Below are positions 26,901 to 35,039 of a DNA stretch of 49,579 nt, piece by piece; positions within the stretch are counted from its first letter, which is position 1; the number at the start of each line of letters is the position of its first letter. The notes beneath the pieces are model-generated. The model was not told where the DNA came from and ran no database searches. It saw only the letters and a list, made by a program, of their open reading frames with translations. The stretch lies in the sequence record MF996376; one strand, given 5' to 3'. A program made the translations under genes and the position numbers. This DNA is from Escherichia phage SRT8.

Positions 26901-27416
26901 TTAGAGCATATCAAGAACGCTGTTTACCGCGTCCTTCATCGCGTCTTCTGTGGTGGCAACAGCCGCCGCGCTCGACGTGTTGTCGATGTTAATCGACGCT
27001 GGCTTGTCGATGCCTAAGTCCTTGCCGATAAACGAAGCGTTAATGATGCCGTTTGCCGCAAGCTGGAATTTCTGTTCGTTGATAACGGAATCGACGAATT
27101 CCATAACTTCGGCATAGTCCGGTTCGGATCTGTACCGCGCGATCGTTCCGTCGCTCAGGTTGCAGAAAAGCTTAAACCCGGTAACGGTAAATACTCGCGG
27201 CTTATGCACTAACGACTCTTCTACATCGCCCTGAAAACTGGCAGTCTCAGCCGCTTTGATTGCGTTGTCTTCCGCCCATTCGAAATACTTAACCGCCAGA
27301 TCGAACAACTGTTTCGGCGTAGTCTGTCGTGTCTTGCCTAACACTGTTCCGAACTCTTTCCGGTATAGCTCTTTGAAGTTACCACCCTGAACGACGGGCG
27401 CTTTTTCCTGTTTCAT
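26901..27416 (-). CDS. Putative terminase small subunit
   Basis: Position directly upstream of TerL; start reassigned to ATG at 27416 with GAGGA RBS. Confidence 0.5.
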   Translation of the reverse strand: MKQEKAPVVQGGNFKELYRKEFGTVLGKTRQTTPKQLFDLAVKYFEWAEDNAIKAAETASFQGDVEESLVHKPRVFTVTGFKLFCNLSDGTIARYRSEPDYAEVMEFVDSVINEQKFQLAANGIINASFIGKDLGIDKPASINIDNTSSAAAVATTEDAMKDAVNSVLDML

Positions 27417-27432
27417 AGATTCGTCCTCACTG

Positions 27433-27450
27433 TTTAACATTTCGTGCTAT
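27433..27450 (-). promoter_or_regulatory. Palindromic element (ATAGCACGAAATGTTAAA) upstream of the TerS RBS, preceded by a TAATAT box and terminator
   Basis: Late-gene arrangement as for J and L. Confidence 0.45.
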
Positions 27451-27469
27451 TTTAGCATATTACAGGCAC

Positions 27470-27493
27470 AAAAAAACCCGCCGAAGCGGGTTA
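27470..27493 (-). terminator. Intrinsic terminator closing the leftward early operon (AACCCGC-TTCG-GCGGGTT plus T7)
   Basis: Hairpin nearly identical to the terminator at 1381-1401. Confidence 0.65.
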
Positions 27494-27510
27494 GTTTTCA
27501 ACCTGATTTT

Positions 27511-27741
27511 CTATTTGATGACTTTAAAGTTAATCGGCTTGTGGTGGCTGTAAGCTTTTGCGTATACCGCCGACAGGTCGCCGAAACAGTCCCATTCGTC
27601 ACGCTTGCGATCGTATGTCAACCATACGCCCGTTTTATGTTCCGCGTCGTGGTGAAGCGCGAAGGCTACAACAACGAACGCACAAAATGCACCAAAACCG
27701 AAAATCGCGATTGCCGCCAGAATGTAAAGAACGATAGCCAT
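27511..27741 (-). CDS. Small membrane protein
   Basis: Hydrophobic N-terminal segment ILAAIAIFGFGAFCAFVVVAFAL; AAGGAG RBS. Confidence 0.45.
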   Translation of the reverse strand: MAIVLYILAAIAIFGFGAFCAFVVVAFALHHDAEHKTGVWLTYDRKRDEWDCFGDLSAVYAKAYSHHKPINFKVIK

Positions 27742-27743
27742 TG

Positions 27744-27929
27744 TTAAATCTCCTTAACTAATAAAATGTTGAATTTGTGAGTTGCTGGATTCGCGCCTGA
27801 TTGGCCTTTCGCAATTGCGACAGCCTCTTCAGTGGAACCCGCTTCGATTTCTGCTTCGTAATGTTGACGACAGGTTTTGCACTGTCGCCCCATCTGCTTA
27901 ATTAGTAGCTTTACTGTGAATCGCTTCAT
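27744..27929 (-). CDS. Hypothetical small protein with a CxxC pair
   Basis: ORF only; start uncertain. Confidence 0.3.
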   Translation of the reverse strand: MKRFTVKLLIKQMGRQCKTCRQHYEAEIEAGSTEEAVAIAKGQSGANPATHKFNILLVKEI

Positions 27930-28059
27930 CTTCTTGCGCCTTCAGCATAACGCCACCGATTCGACCGATAACCGCTTCGCCCGGTTTTAATGATTTTTTG
28001 TAGCGGGTTACTTCGCCGTTACGGGTGACTTTGATTTCGATTTTGATATCTTGTTTCAT
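27898..28059 (-). CDS. Hypothetical small protein (53 aa), below the ORF-track length cutoff
   Basis: ATG with AAAGGAACC RBS-like sequence; read manually. Confidence 0.3.
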   Translation of the reverse strand: MKQDIKIEIKVTRNGEVTRYKKSLKPGEAVIGRIGGVMLKAQEDEAIHSKATN

Positions 28060-28222
28060 TTAGGTAGGTTCCTTTTAGAATTGATGCCGTGTACGGGTCT
28101 ACGGCGTTGGTTCCACAATCCAACCGAACTTACTACGAAAGTGCATCTATCGCGATGCGCGTTGCGCTCTATGCGCCTCTTTTGTCTACGGAAATAATGT
28201 TATCACCACTCAGGGACGAAGG

Positions 28223-28426
28223 TCAATCGTTAATTTCAAAATGTCCTTTCGTCATATCCTGCGGGAAGTCGATTTCGTGCAAGTTTCCATCGTCGCCGTA
28301 CACATAGACCAGGCGTTTAGCTTTGCTTACCTTCTCCACGTCGTACAAACAGCCATGCGAAAAGGCGTCGCCATTGCGTGACGTGATACAACGTACTTGA
28401 TCGTTTTTCTTCGGGAAGTGTGACAT
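28223..28426 (-). CDS. Hypothetical protein
   Basis: ORF in the early operon. Confidence 0.4.
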   Translation of the reverse strand: MSHFPKKNDQVRCITSRNGDAFSHGCLYDVEKVSKAKRLVYVYGDDGNLHEIDFPQDMTKGHFEIND

Positions 28427-28437
28427 TGTTAGATCTC

Positions 28438-28671
28438 CTATTCGTAGTCAAATTTGTTTCCAAAACGCCCGTTAAAATACCCGGCTAACCATATGAATTG
28501 TTGTCGCGTTACAAGGGTGTGAACTCCGTCCTTCTTGTGGTGCTCGTCGATTATGCGCTTTGCGACGTGATCGTATTTCGCGCCGCCTTCGATAGCCGCT
28601 TTCAACTCGGAAGACATTTCCCGGCAACGACGCTTAACAATATTCAAGTGCGCTTCAGTTAGTCCGAACAT
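28438..28671 (-). CDS. Hypothetical protein
   Basis: Start set to the ATG preceded by the conserved leader ACGGAGTAAGTAGA. Confidence 0.4.
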   Translation of the reverse strand: MFGLTEAHLNIVKRRCREMSSELKAAIEGGAKYDHVAKRIIDEHHKKDGVHTLVTRQQFIWLAGYFNGRFGNKFDYE

Positions 28672-28726
28672 TCTACTTACTCCGTTTGTTTTGATGGGGT
28701 TACTATATCGCAACCACGCGTTAATG

Positions 28727-28747
28727 GTTTAGCAATTCGTGCTAAAA
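28727..28747 (-). promoter_or_regulatory. Palindromic element cassette (TTTAGCA-ATTCG-TGCTAAA, a perfect 7-bp palindrome)
   Basis: Contains the stop codon of the upstream gene; followed by TATAGTAACCCCATCAAAACAAACGGAG leader. Confidence 0.55.
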
Positions 28748-29116
28748 GCGACCGGAACGACCGTTAACCGATACAACCTTTCCGCGCTTGCCGACGATCT
28801 CGTTATAAAGTGCGCCGCCAGCATTAACCGAATACTTCAGCGCCTCGGCTGGCGTGATATCGCGGAACATTTCAGCTTGACCGAATGACTTTTCCGCCGT
28901 TTCATTCTTGCGTCGCCACGCTTCGATCAGGTTCGGTAAAACACGTTCCGAACGCCACACGGCTAAAGCGGCCTGTTCGCTTGAATGCGGTAGCAATTGA
29001 CGCTCTACGATCTTGAACACTTCGCGGGCGATAGGAGTATCAAGTACGCCAGTTACCGAAAAACAGAAGTCGCAGAATTCGCGGGCTTGCTTCTCTGAAA
29101 GGTTAATCTGAATCAT
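28742..29116 (-). CDS. Hypothetical protein
   Basis: ORF in the early operon. Confidence 0.45.
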   Translation of the reverse strand: MIQINLSEKQAREFCDFCFSVTGVLDTPIAREVFKIVERQLLPHSSEQAALAVWRSERVLPNLIEAWRRKNETAEKSFGQAEMFRDITPAEALKYSVNAGGALYNEIVGKRGKVVSVNGRSGRF

Positions 29117-29304
29117 TCCGGTTTCTCCTTGGTAAAGAATCGACGCACATCTTTGCGATCATAATATGCGCCTTCGCTGTAATCTGATTCGCGTACTTCG
29201 ATAAACTGATCGCAACCGTCATACATGAAATCGCCGTCGTCGGTGAAAATCAATTCGTATTCGTTGCCGTGTTTGTCAAAGTAAACTTTTCCGGTGCAAA
29301 TCAT
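29113..29304 (-). CDS. Hypothetical small protein
   Basis: Start set to the ATG behind the conserved cassette leader. Confidence 0.4.
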   Translation of the reverse strand: MICTGKVYFDKHGNEYELIFTDDGDFMYDGCDQFIEVRESDYSEGAYYDRKDVRRFFTKEKPE

Positions 29305-29361
29305 TTTCGTTTCCTCGCTTTGTTTCAATAAGGACATTCTAACAAATGCCCTTGCGGAAAG

Positions 29362-29384
29362 TTTAGCAATTAGTGCTATTCGAC
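29362..29384 (-). promoter_or_regulatory. Palindromic element cassette, variant B (-10-like box inside a short inverted repeat)
   Basis: Motif followed by ctttccgcaagggcatttgttagaatgtccttattgaaa. Confidence 0.5.
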
Positions 29385-29582
29385 AATCTCCCAATCTTGC
29401 CCGGCAAGATGCACGCTATGTTTTAGCCGCGTGTAACATGGTGCGCCCAATTCGCCTTTGAAGCTGTAACAACCTTTAAACGAACCTTCTTCGCATAACT
29501 CCGCGTCGTAAATCTTAGTTGCCTTAATCCACGGCGAACCGTTATAAGTGGTGCGTATTCGGATCTTTTTCTTCTCTGTCAT
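29376..29582 (-). CDS. Hypothetical Cys-containing small protein
   Basis: ORF; GGGGAG RBS. Confidence 0.4.
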   Translation of the reverse strand: MTEKKKIRIRTTYNGSPWIKATKIYDAELCEEGSFKGCYSFKGELGAPCYTRLKHSVHLAGQDWEIVE

Positions 29583-29776
29583 AGTAATTTACTCCCCTTG
29601 CGGAATTCGTTTCGAAGCATATCGGCGGCGTCTAATCGACCATTTCGCCAGCCCAGCAAGTGACCGCCTAAGAACGCAAGAAACATCTCGGCGGCAACAA
29701 CGAAGCCGGAAGGCTGAAGCGCGATCGATAATGCGATGCAAGCCCAGCCGAAGATAAATAAAACCTTCATTTTCAT
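29579..29776 (-). CDS. Small membrane protein
   Basis: Two hydrophobic segments; cassette leader upstream. Confidence 0.45.
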   Translation of the reverse strand: MKMKVLFIFGWACIALSIALQPSGFVVAAEMFLAFLGGHLLGWRNGRLDAADMLRNEFRKGSKLL

Positions 29777-29834
29777 AGCGTAATTCCCTGATTGGTTGTT
29801 GATGGGGTAACTATAACAGCTTACCCCGATCCGG

Positions 29835-29853
29835 TTTTAGCAATTCGCGCTAT
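29835..29853 (-). promoter_or_regulatory. Palindromic element cassette (AAATAGCGCGAATTGCTAAAA, then hairpin, TGtTATAGT and leader)
   Basis: Read directly. Confidence 0.5.
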
Positions 29854-30428
29854 TTCAAATAGCGGCCTGTGATGACGCTTGCGGTGTAATCCGGGTCGCC
29901 GTCGCGCAACGTGAAGTCTTCTTCGGTGTACCCGTTAACGCCATGCCAGCCGACAGGTAAATGAAGATAGCTTCTGGAATCACCTTCGAACGTGAATCCG
30001 TCCCGGTGAAGTCGGCAAACATGAACCTGAATACCAGCTTCGATTAGTGCGATTGTCTCTTCAGTGAATCCGCCGTCAGTAATAACGGCTGGCGTGTCGC
30101 TTGCCTTAATCGCCTCCACCATGCGCCGCCCGAAATAATCATTTCCGAACTCAGGTTTAATGATTGTTTCGCTAATCCAGATCATGAACTCGCGCGGGCT
30201 TTTACCATTCAGGATAGAATCTGGCTTCTCTTTATGAAGTCGATCGTTATACAAGAATAAGAAATAATCGTAATTCGCGTCGCCCAAAATGGCGCGGGAA
30301 ATTTCAAACATCGGCGCTTTGAAGCTCAGCATGCGGACGCCTTTCCACTGGTTCATATCAGCGATAACACAACCGATCGTATCTTTGCCAATTCCCGGAC
30401 AGCCGTTAAGAATAATAACCTTGTTCAT
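29850..30428 (-). CDS. P-loop nucleotide kinase (deoxynucleoside-monophosphate kinase-like)
   Basis: N-terminal Walker A GCPGIGKDT and a late RDGD motif reminiscent of phage dNMP kinases; assignment from recalled family patterns. Confidence 0.5.
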   Translation of the reverse strand: MNKVIILNGCPGIGKDTIGCVIADMNQWKGVRMLSFKAPMFEISRAILGDANYDYFLFLYNDRLHKEKPDSILNGKSPREFMIWISETIIKPEFGNDYFGRRMVEAIKASDTPAVITDGGFTEETIALIEAGIQVHVCRLHRDGFTFEGDSRSYLHLPVGWHGVNGYTEEDFTLRDGDPDYTASVITGRYLK

Positions 30429-30535
30429 TATTTAACCCCTTTAATTACTTTCGCCACATCTACGATAACGCTATACATAATGTAAGCAAGAAAAAACGTT
30501 AATACCGGGTGCGCTTGCGAATGCGTAAAATTCTG

Positions 30536-31069
30536 TCATAACTTATCTACTCCGTGTGATTTCAGGTGTGAATGTACGTTGTCGCCGTAGTCGGTTACGG
30601 CATAGGTTGTTATTCCAATATTCCTAAAGTGTGGAATAACTGAAGGGCTATCATCCCACGCCGCTAAAATGCGATGCAACCCGATTTCGCGCAAAATCTC
30701 TTCTTTGATTACCGTATCCTTCCGGTTGTCGTCGTGGCGGCGCATGATCAGGAAATCATATTTCGCGTTGTGGTTCGCCAGCCATTCGCGCGACTCCTTT
30801 TCGACTTCATCGCTTCGCCCGGTTAGGATGATTACACAATGCCCGGCTGCATACATCGCATTCATTACCGCGATCGTGTTGGTAATCGGCGTGTCGAAGA
30901 TTGCCGCCCGGTTAAACTCGCTCCAACTTTCAGTTAAGTGAAGATCGGTTTTCGGTAGCAGGTGCAAGCGGTGCGTTCCGTCTGACAAAGTACCGTCGTA
31001 ATCAAAAATACAAATCATCCCGGACGGCGCGTTAGTGCGAAATTCTCTTCCGTATGCGTTAATCTTCAT
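30536..31069 (-). CDS. HAD-superfamily phosphatase
   Basis: DYDGT motif (FDYDGTLSD) near the N-terminus and a downstream acidic motif; start chosen at the ATG overlapping the upstream stop. Confidence 0.55.
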   Translation of the reverse strand: MKINAYGREFRTNAPSGMICIFDYDGTLSDGTHRLHLLPKTDLHLTESWSEFNRAAIFDTPITNTIAVMNAMYAAGHCVIILTGRSDEVEKESREWLANHNAKYDFLIMRRHDDNRKDTVIKEEILREIGLHRILAAWDDSPSVIPHFRNIGITTYAVTDYGDNVHSHLKSHGVDKL

Positions 31070-31191
31070 TATCGTAACCCTTCCCATTTTTCAGCCTGAT
31101 TTTTGCCGCGTTTCTGCGTCTTCTTAACTCGCTTGTAACCTTCGTCGAACTTCTTCGGCTTGCCGACAATCTTTTCGAAGTTTTGGCGCAT
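31069..31191 (-). CDS. Hypothetical small basic protein (about 40 aa)
   Basis: ATG behind the cassette leader CAAACAACAAAGGAG. Confidence 0.3.
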   Translation of the reverse strand: MRQNFEKIVGKPKKFDEGYKRVKKTQKRGKNQAEKWEGLR

Positions 31192-31243
31192 CGGTATTAC
31201 TCCTTTGTTGTTTGCTTTCAATGAGGACACTATAGCAATGCCC

Positions 31244-31266
31244 TCGCGGAAAGTCTTTAGCAAGTC
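31244..31266 (-). promoter_or_regulatory. Palindromic element cassette, variant B (TGcTATAGT in a hairpin loop)
   Basis: Read directly. Confidence 0.5.
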
Positions 31267-31273
31267 GTGCTAT

Positions 31274-31720
31274 TTACCAGTAGCTAATTTCTTCAATAAC
31301 GTAGCTGTCGAAGCTGGCTTGCGAAAAGTCGCTTTCGTAGTCGATGCGGAACGTTTCGATTAATTCGCTGATCGGGTAGCCAGATCTGAAGAAGTAGCCG
31401 TCTGCCATAGCCCGCGACCATTTCTTCGCGTCACGCTTGCACATACCGTAAGTGTTCACGGCCTCTTTGAAGAATGCGCGGTTCATCTTGCGGCGAATTG
31501 CGGTAACGTCCAGATAAGTAGCTGTACCGCCGTACACTTGATAATGATACCTGGACAGGCGCTTCATAATCAGATCCAGATCGCCCGGCTTGCAAATAAT
31601 CGCATCGGTGTGAAGGTAGGTTCGATACGGCTTGATTTCGGTTTCGTGACCGTAAAGACCGGTTTCCGCCATTTTGAGGCCGTCCGCTTCACCCTGAATG
31701 CACACGATCAGTTTGTTCAT
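31274..31720 (-). CDS. Hypothetical protein
   Basis: 148-aa ORF in the early operon. Confidence 0.45.
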   Translation of the reverse strand: MNKLIVCIQGEADGLKMAETGLYGHETEIKPYRTYLHTDAIICKPGDLDLIMKRLSRYHYQVYGGTATYLDVTAIRRKMNRAFFKEAVNTYGMCKRDAKKWSRAMADGYFFRSGYPISELIETFRIDYESDFSQASFDSYVIEEISYW

Positions 31721-31777
31721 TGTTGAATCTCCGTTTGTTGGTGTAGGGGGGAATCATAGCGCATTCCCCGTGATAGG

Positions 31778-31800
31778 TTTTAGCTTTTAGTGCTATTCAC
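31778..31800 (-). promoter_or_regulatory. Palindromic element cassette (motif overlaps the 3' end of the upstream ORF)
   Basis: AATAGCACTAAAAGCTAAAA followed by hairpin GGGGAAT...ATTCCCC and leader. Confidence 0.5.
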
Positions 31801-31998
31801 TTCGATAGTCACGCAAAAATTATCAAAACGATGCCCGCTTAAACGCGCTGTAATCACTTCTGGACGACGCAAAATCGCGTCAAGCAATCGCAAGGGTGAA
31901 TACTTAAAACCGTGATAGTGGGCGCTACGCTTCGAATTTGGGTTCATACCTGCTACCGCGTCCGCCGCTAAATCGTCGTAGTTCACATCACCAGCCAT
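31780..31998 (-). CDS. Hypothetical protein
   Basis: ORF in the early operon. Confidence 0.4.
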   Translation of the reverse strand: MAGDVNYDDLAADAVAGMNPNSKRSAHYHGFKYSPLRLLDAILRRPEVITARLSGHRFDNFCVTIEVNSTKS

Positions 31999-32105
31999 AA
32001 AGCCCCCTTCAAAACGTTAAGTACAATCAGCAATCCCAAAATCCCGGAAAGGAACCATAAAGGCGTATAGTCGGGCGGTTCATTCCAGTGTCCGGCGTCA
32101 ATCAT
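31986..32105 (-). CDS. Possible small membrane peptide (39 aa), below the ORF-track cutoff
   Basis: ATG with GAGG RBS; hydrophobic stretch LWFLSGILGLLIVLNVL. Confidence 0.3.
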
Positions 32106-32157
32106 CGTAAAACCTCAAGTTATGGGGAATCAATCAGCGACAGATTCCCCGTTAAAA

Positions 32158-32472
32158 TTACGCCACGCAAGCTACAGTGGCGACCAACAGGATCACGGCG
32201 GTGAAGATTGCCGGGACAATGTTTTCTTTGCGACGATACCACGGCTTTTTCGCTTCGTCGATTTCGCTTTGCGGTTTCAGCACTTGGAAGACAGCGCCCC
32301 GATCGGCGGCGAATGTTACGCGGTAGAACGTGCCGCCGTGAATCGGCATGCATGGACGCGCCCGGCCTTTGTCGTCGGCTGCGATGAAGTCTTTTTCGCC
32401 GACGCGCACAACGTCGTAAAATCCGCCGATGGTAAATTTATTGGTGTTGTTCGAAACGCATTTAGTTTTCAT
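32158..32472 (-). CDS. Hypothetical protein with C-terminal transmembrane anchor
   Basis: Start at the ATG behind the cassette leader; C-terminal IVPAIFTAVILLVATVACVA. Confidence 0.4.
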   Translation of the reverse strand: MKTKCVSNNTNKFTIGGFYDVVRVGEKDFIAADDKGRARPCMPIHGGTFYRVTFAADRGAVFQVLKPQSEIDEAKKPWYRRKENIVPAIFTAVILLVATVACVA

Positions 32473-32528
32473 TGATGTATCTCCTTTCGTTTGGTGTAGG
32501 GCTATTATGACATAGCCCCGATTCAGTG

Positions 32529-32550
32529 TTTTAGCAAAAAGTGCTATACG
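32529..32550 (-). promoter_or_regulatory. Palindromic element cassette
   Basis: ATAGCACTTTTTGCTAAAA then hairpin and AAAGGAG leader. Confidence 0.5.
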
Positions 32551-32846
32551 TAAACTTTGTTGCACAACGTGCCGGGCAGGATGTTAAACGACAGCATAAC
32601 GAAGTTGTTTCCGTTGTGCGTATCAGCGTTCGCCCGGTTAATGTACTTCGTTACGTCCGTCACATCGGTAATCAGTACACTAACTTCGCGCCCGGTGTAG
32701 TCGCCGTAATGCCACTCGCGCAAGCGCAACACGTCGCCCTCCTGAAAGTCGCGATCGTTCAATCTGAATTCGGCCTTCTTGCCGCCCATCTGGACGCCGA
32801 AAAAGTGAACAGGTTCGATCTTTAAATCGTGTTGCTTGCGTTTCAT
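32544..32846 (-). CDS. Hypothetical protein, possibly ASCH/PUA-like
   Basis: Weak pattern resemblance only (EFRLNDRDFQEGDVLRLREW). Confidence 0.4.
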   Translation of the reverse strand: MKRKQHDLKIEPVHFFGVQMGGKKAEFRLNDRDFQEGDVLRLREWHYGDYTGREVSVLITDVTDVTKYINRANADTHNGNNFVMLSFNILPGTLCNKVYV

Positions 32847-33055
32847 CGCCTACCAACCTCCCGGTAATCCATAGTCAAATCCAATTCCTTACAGCCGCAA
32901 GTGTGCATTTCTGTAGTGTTGACGTCGTGGTATTTGTTCATGCTGTACATTTCCTTCGCGATAATCTCGATCCTGTCGCTTGGGTGAATGTGCGATAACA
33001 GCCCTTCTAGCGTTACCGCCTTGCTGTCGATCTCAAATTGGCGTAGTCGTTTCAT
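32843..33055 (-). CDS. Hypothetical protein
   Basis: ORF, translationally coupled to neighbours. Confidence 0.4.
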   Translation of the reverse strand: MKRLRQFEIDSKAVTLEGLLSHIHPSDRIEIIAKEMYSMNKYHDVNTTEMHTCGCKELDLTMDYREVGRR

Positions 33056-33303
33056 TTAGCCACCCATTTACAACCGCTGTATTTTGCTTGACCGCCATCA
33101 TAGCCGCTATCCATTACGTGAAACTCGATCATGTCATTGGATAACATTTCCGTGATCGCGGAGTGATGCCAGCCAGTTTGATCAACATCCGGGAAATACC
33201 AGAACCTTTCCCCGGATGAATTCACATCCATTACTATGCTTTTGCACTTGCTCTTTTTCAGGCACGATTTAAATCGCTCCTGATCGCGTGTTAATTTTTT
33301 CAT
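33052..33303 (-). CDS. Hypothetical protein
   Basis: ORF, translationally coupled. Confidence 0.4.
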   Translation of the reverse strand: MKKLTRDQERFKSCLKKSKCKSIVMDVNSSGERFWYFPDVDQTGWHHSAITEMLSNDMIEFHVMDSGYDGGQAKYSGCKWVAK

Positions 33304-33593
33304 TTGAACAGTTTCCCCGATTTAAGCTTATTCCAGAACGAGAACGGATTAGCCTTCCGATACTCACCCTCTAAGAACGGATAGTCCGACATTTCGCGAC
33401 CTTCGAAAAGCAGATCGGCAAGGTGGCGATGTTTAGGCTTCGCGAATCGGGCTAACTCTTTCGCGCTTACCAGAACGAGCGAACCGATCGTTTTGTTGAC
33501 TTTTAGTTCAGTTTCGGTCGTCATGCCTTCGGTGATAATGTACTGATTGAGATTGCTCTTGCTGAAATATTGTTCGGTTAAGGTGATTTTCAT
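33300..33593 (-). CDS. Hypothetical protein
   Basis: Start at the ATG behind the cassette leader. Confidence 0.4.
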   Translation of the reverse strand: MKITLTEQYFSKSNLNQYIITEGMTTETELKVNKTIGSLVLVSAKELARFAKPKHRHLADLLFEGREMSDYPFLEGEYRKANPFSFWNKLKSGKLFK

Positions 33594-33659
33594 CGGGTTA
33601 TCTCCTGATTGGTTGCCCTGCTTCAATAAGCCCACTATAACAAATGGGCTTGCGGAAGG

Positions 33660-33677
33660 TTTAGCTATTCGTGCTAT
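33660..33677 (-). promoter_or_regulatory. Palindromic element cassette, variant B
   Basis: Element contains the TAG stop of the upstream gene; followed by GCCCA-tttgttatag-TGGGC. Confidence 0.5.
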
Positions 33678-34189
33678 TCAGCCCACTTGATCGTAGTGCC
33701 GCGCTTCATGCTAACTTCCCCGGCGAACACTTTGTTTTTGAAGCTGTGGTGCAACAGGAAAGTAATCGTTTCGCCGTCAACTTCGATTCGGACGGGATTA
33801 ACGAGAATATCAACCCATCCGCCCGACTCCATGCGGACGCCTGTCAGCTTCGCGCCTAGCGGCATTTGTTCGATTTTGCAGATCCCGCCAGATGTAGCGG
33901 CGGCGCTGGCATTATCGGCTGCGTTATGGATAATCATTCCGGCTGCGTACATTTGACCATTCAGCGAACGCGCATCCGAACGCATCGAATCTTTGTTGTA
34001 GTAGAAATAATCCTTCGCCGGGTTATTGTGCGGATTGCGTAGGTTATGCTGTTCGACGAAGTGCATAACGCTACCGTTATATTTTCCCTCACCTTCCTTC
34101 ACGCCACAATAGCGGCTAGTGAATGTGAAGCGGCCTACGCCGTTGCTGATAAATGTAATTGGATAGATGATATCTTGTTCTTTTAACAT
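33674..34189 (-). CDS. Hypothetical protein
   Basis: 171-aa ORF. Confidence 0.45.
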   Translation of the reverse strand: MLKEQDIIYPITFISNGVGRFTFTSRYCGVKEGEGKYNGSVMHFVEQHNLRNPHNNPAKDYFYYNKDSMRSDARSLNGQMYAAGMIIHNAADNASAAATSGGICKIEQMPLGAKLTGVRMESGGWVDILVNPVRIEVDGETITFLLHHSFKNKVFAGEVSMKRGTTIKWAE

Positions 34190-34241
34190 TGTTGTAACTC
34201 CTTTGTGTGGGCTTCACCACCATAGCGAAGCCCGAATCAAT

Positions 34242-34409
34242 TTACATGAACCAGCCCAACAGGGAACCCAGCGGCGCGATAAACACGCCGATTGCGCGAA
34301 TGATAAGGTTGTTGGTTGTGATATCGCCGAACATTGCGACGATGTTCATAATCCAGCCAGCAACAGCCGCGATCCATAAAGCAATAACCATAAGTGAGAA
34401 TAATTTCAT
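34242..34409 (-). CDS. Small membrane protein
   Basis: Start at the ATG behind the cassette leader; two hydrophobic segments. Confidence 0.4.
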   Translation of the reverse strand: MKLFSLMVIALWIAAVAGWIMNIVAMFGDITTNNLIIRAIGVFIAPLGSLLGWFM

Positions 34410-34465
34410 TTGTGTAACTCCTGTTTCGTTGTTGATGGGCTTACTATATCGCAAGCCCGGATGTG

Positions 34466-34488
34466 CGTTTTAACAAAAAGTGCTATCG
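34466..34488 (-). promoter_or_regulatory. Palindromic element cassette
   Basis: ATAGCACTTTTTGTTAAAA, hairpin, TATAGT, leader. Confidence 0.5.
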
Positions 34489-34965
34489 GATGATTTCTGC
34501 TTCAGCGCCGAAATACTCGTGTCCCTCAATGCAGAAAGTAGGATCGAACCCGCGAACATACATCCCGATTGCCAGTGCGTCGGCCTCGCAGATTGAAACA
34601 GTGTTCAACTGGTCTTCGTCGCGATATCCGTTAACGATAACCGGGAATGTGCGATTGTTGTTAGGCTTGAACGGGTAGTCGCCACTTTCAAGAATGCGCA
34701 CCTTCACTTTGCCGAACTTCGCGATCTCTACTTCGTGGTGCATGAAGAATAAGACGCCTTTTTTCGGGTTGTAGTCAATGCCGCCGCCGTTTTCTTCGGT
34801 AGGCTGTTGCCCGATTGCGCTGTCGTACACGCCTAGCGCTTCCAGATCAGAAACTTTGACGTGATAGCCGCCGTTACGCTCCGTTTCCACCGCATCGACC
34901 ACAATCGGGAAATGGTTAGTCGTGAAGCCCTTGTATCCGCCATTGCAAAAGATTTCGATTTTCAT
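34483..34965 (-). CDS. Hypothetical protein
   Basis: 160-aa ORF. Confidence 0.45.
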   Translation of the reverse strand: MKIEIFCNGGYKGFTTNHFPIVVDAVETERNGGYHVKVSDLEALGVYDSAIGQQPTEENGGGIDYNPKKGVLFFMHHEVEIAKFGKVKVRILESGDYPFKPNNNRTFPVIVNGYRDEDQLNTVSICEADALAIGMYVRGFDPTFCIEGHEYFGAEAEIIR

Positions 34966-35018
34966 GTGTGTATCTCCGTTCGTTGTTGATGTGGTTATAG
35001 TACCCGATCCGCTTGACC

Positions 35019-35039
35019 GGGTTTTAGCAATTCGTGCTA
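35019..35039 (-). promoter_or_regulatory. Palindromic element cassette
   Basis: AAATAGCACGAATTGCTAAAA with the TAG stop of the upstream gene inside it. Confidence 0.55.

Noticed and set aside
28060-28222. tRNA gene in the ORF-free spacer
   Set aside because: No canonical cloverleaf could be built: the T-arm-like hairpin has a 9-nt loop and there is no matching acceptor stem.
29850-31069. Complete T4-type RNA repair system (polynucleotide kinase-phosphatase plus ligase)
   Set aside because: Kinase and phosphatase are separate genes in reversed domain order, the kinase looks more like a dNMP kinase, and no RNA ligase-sized gene is present in the window.
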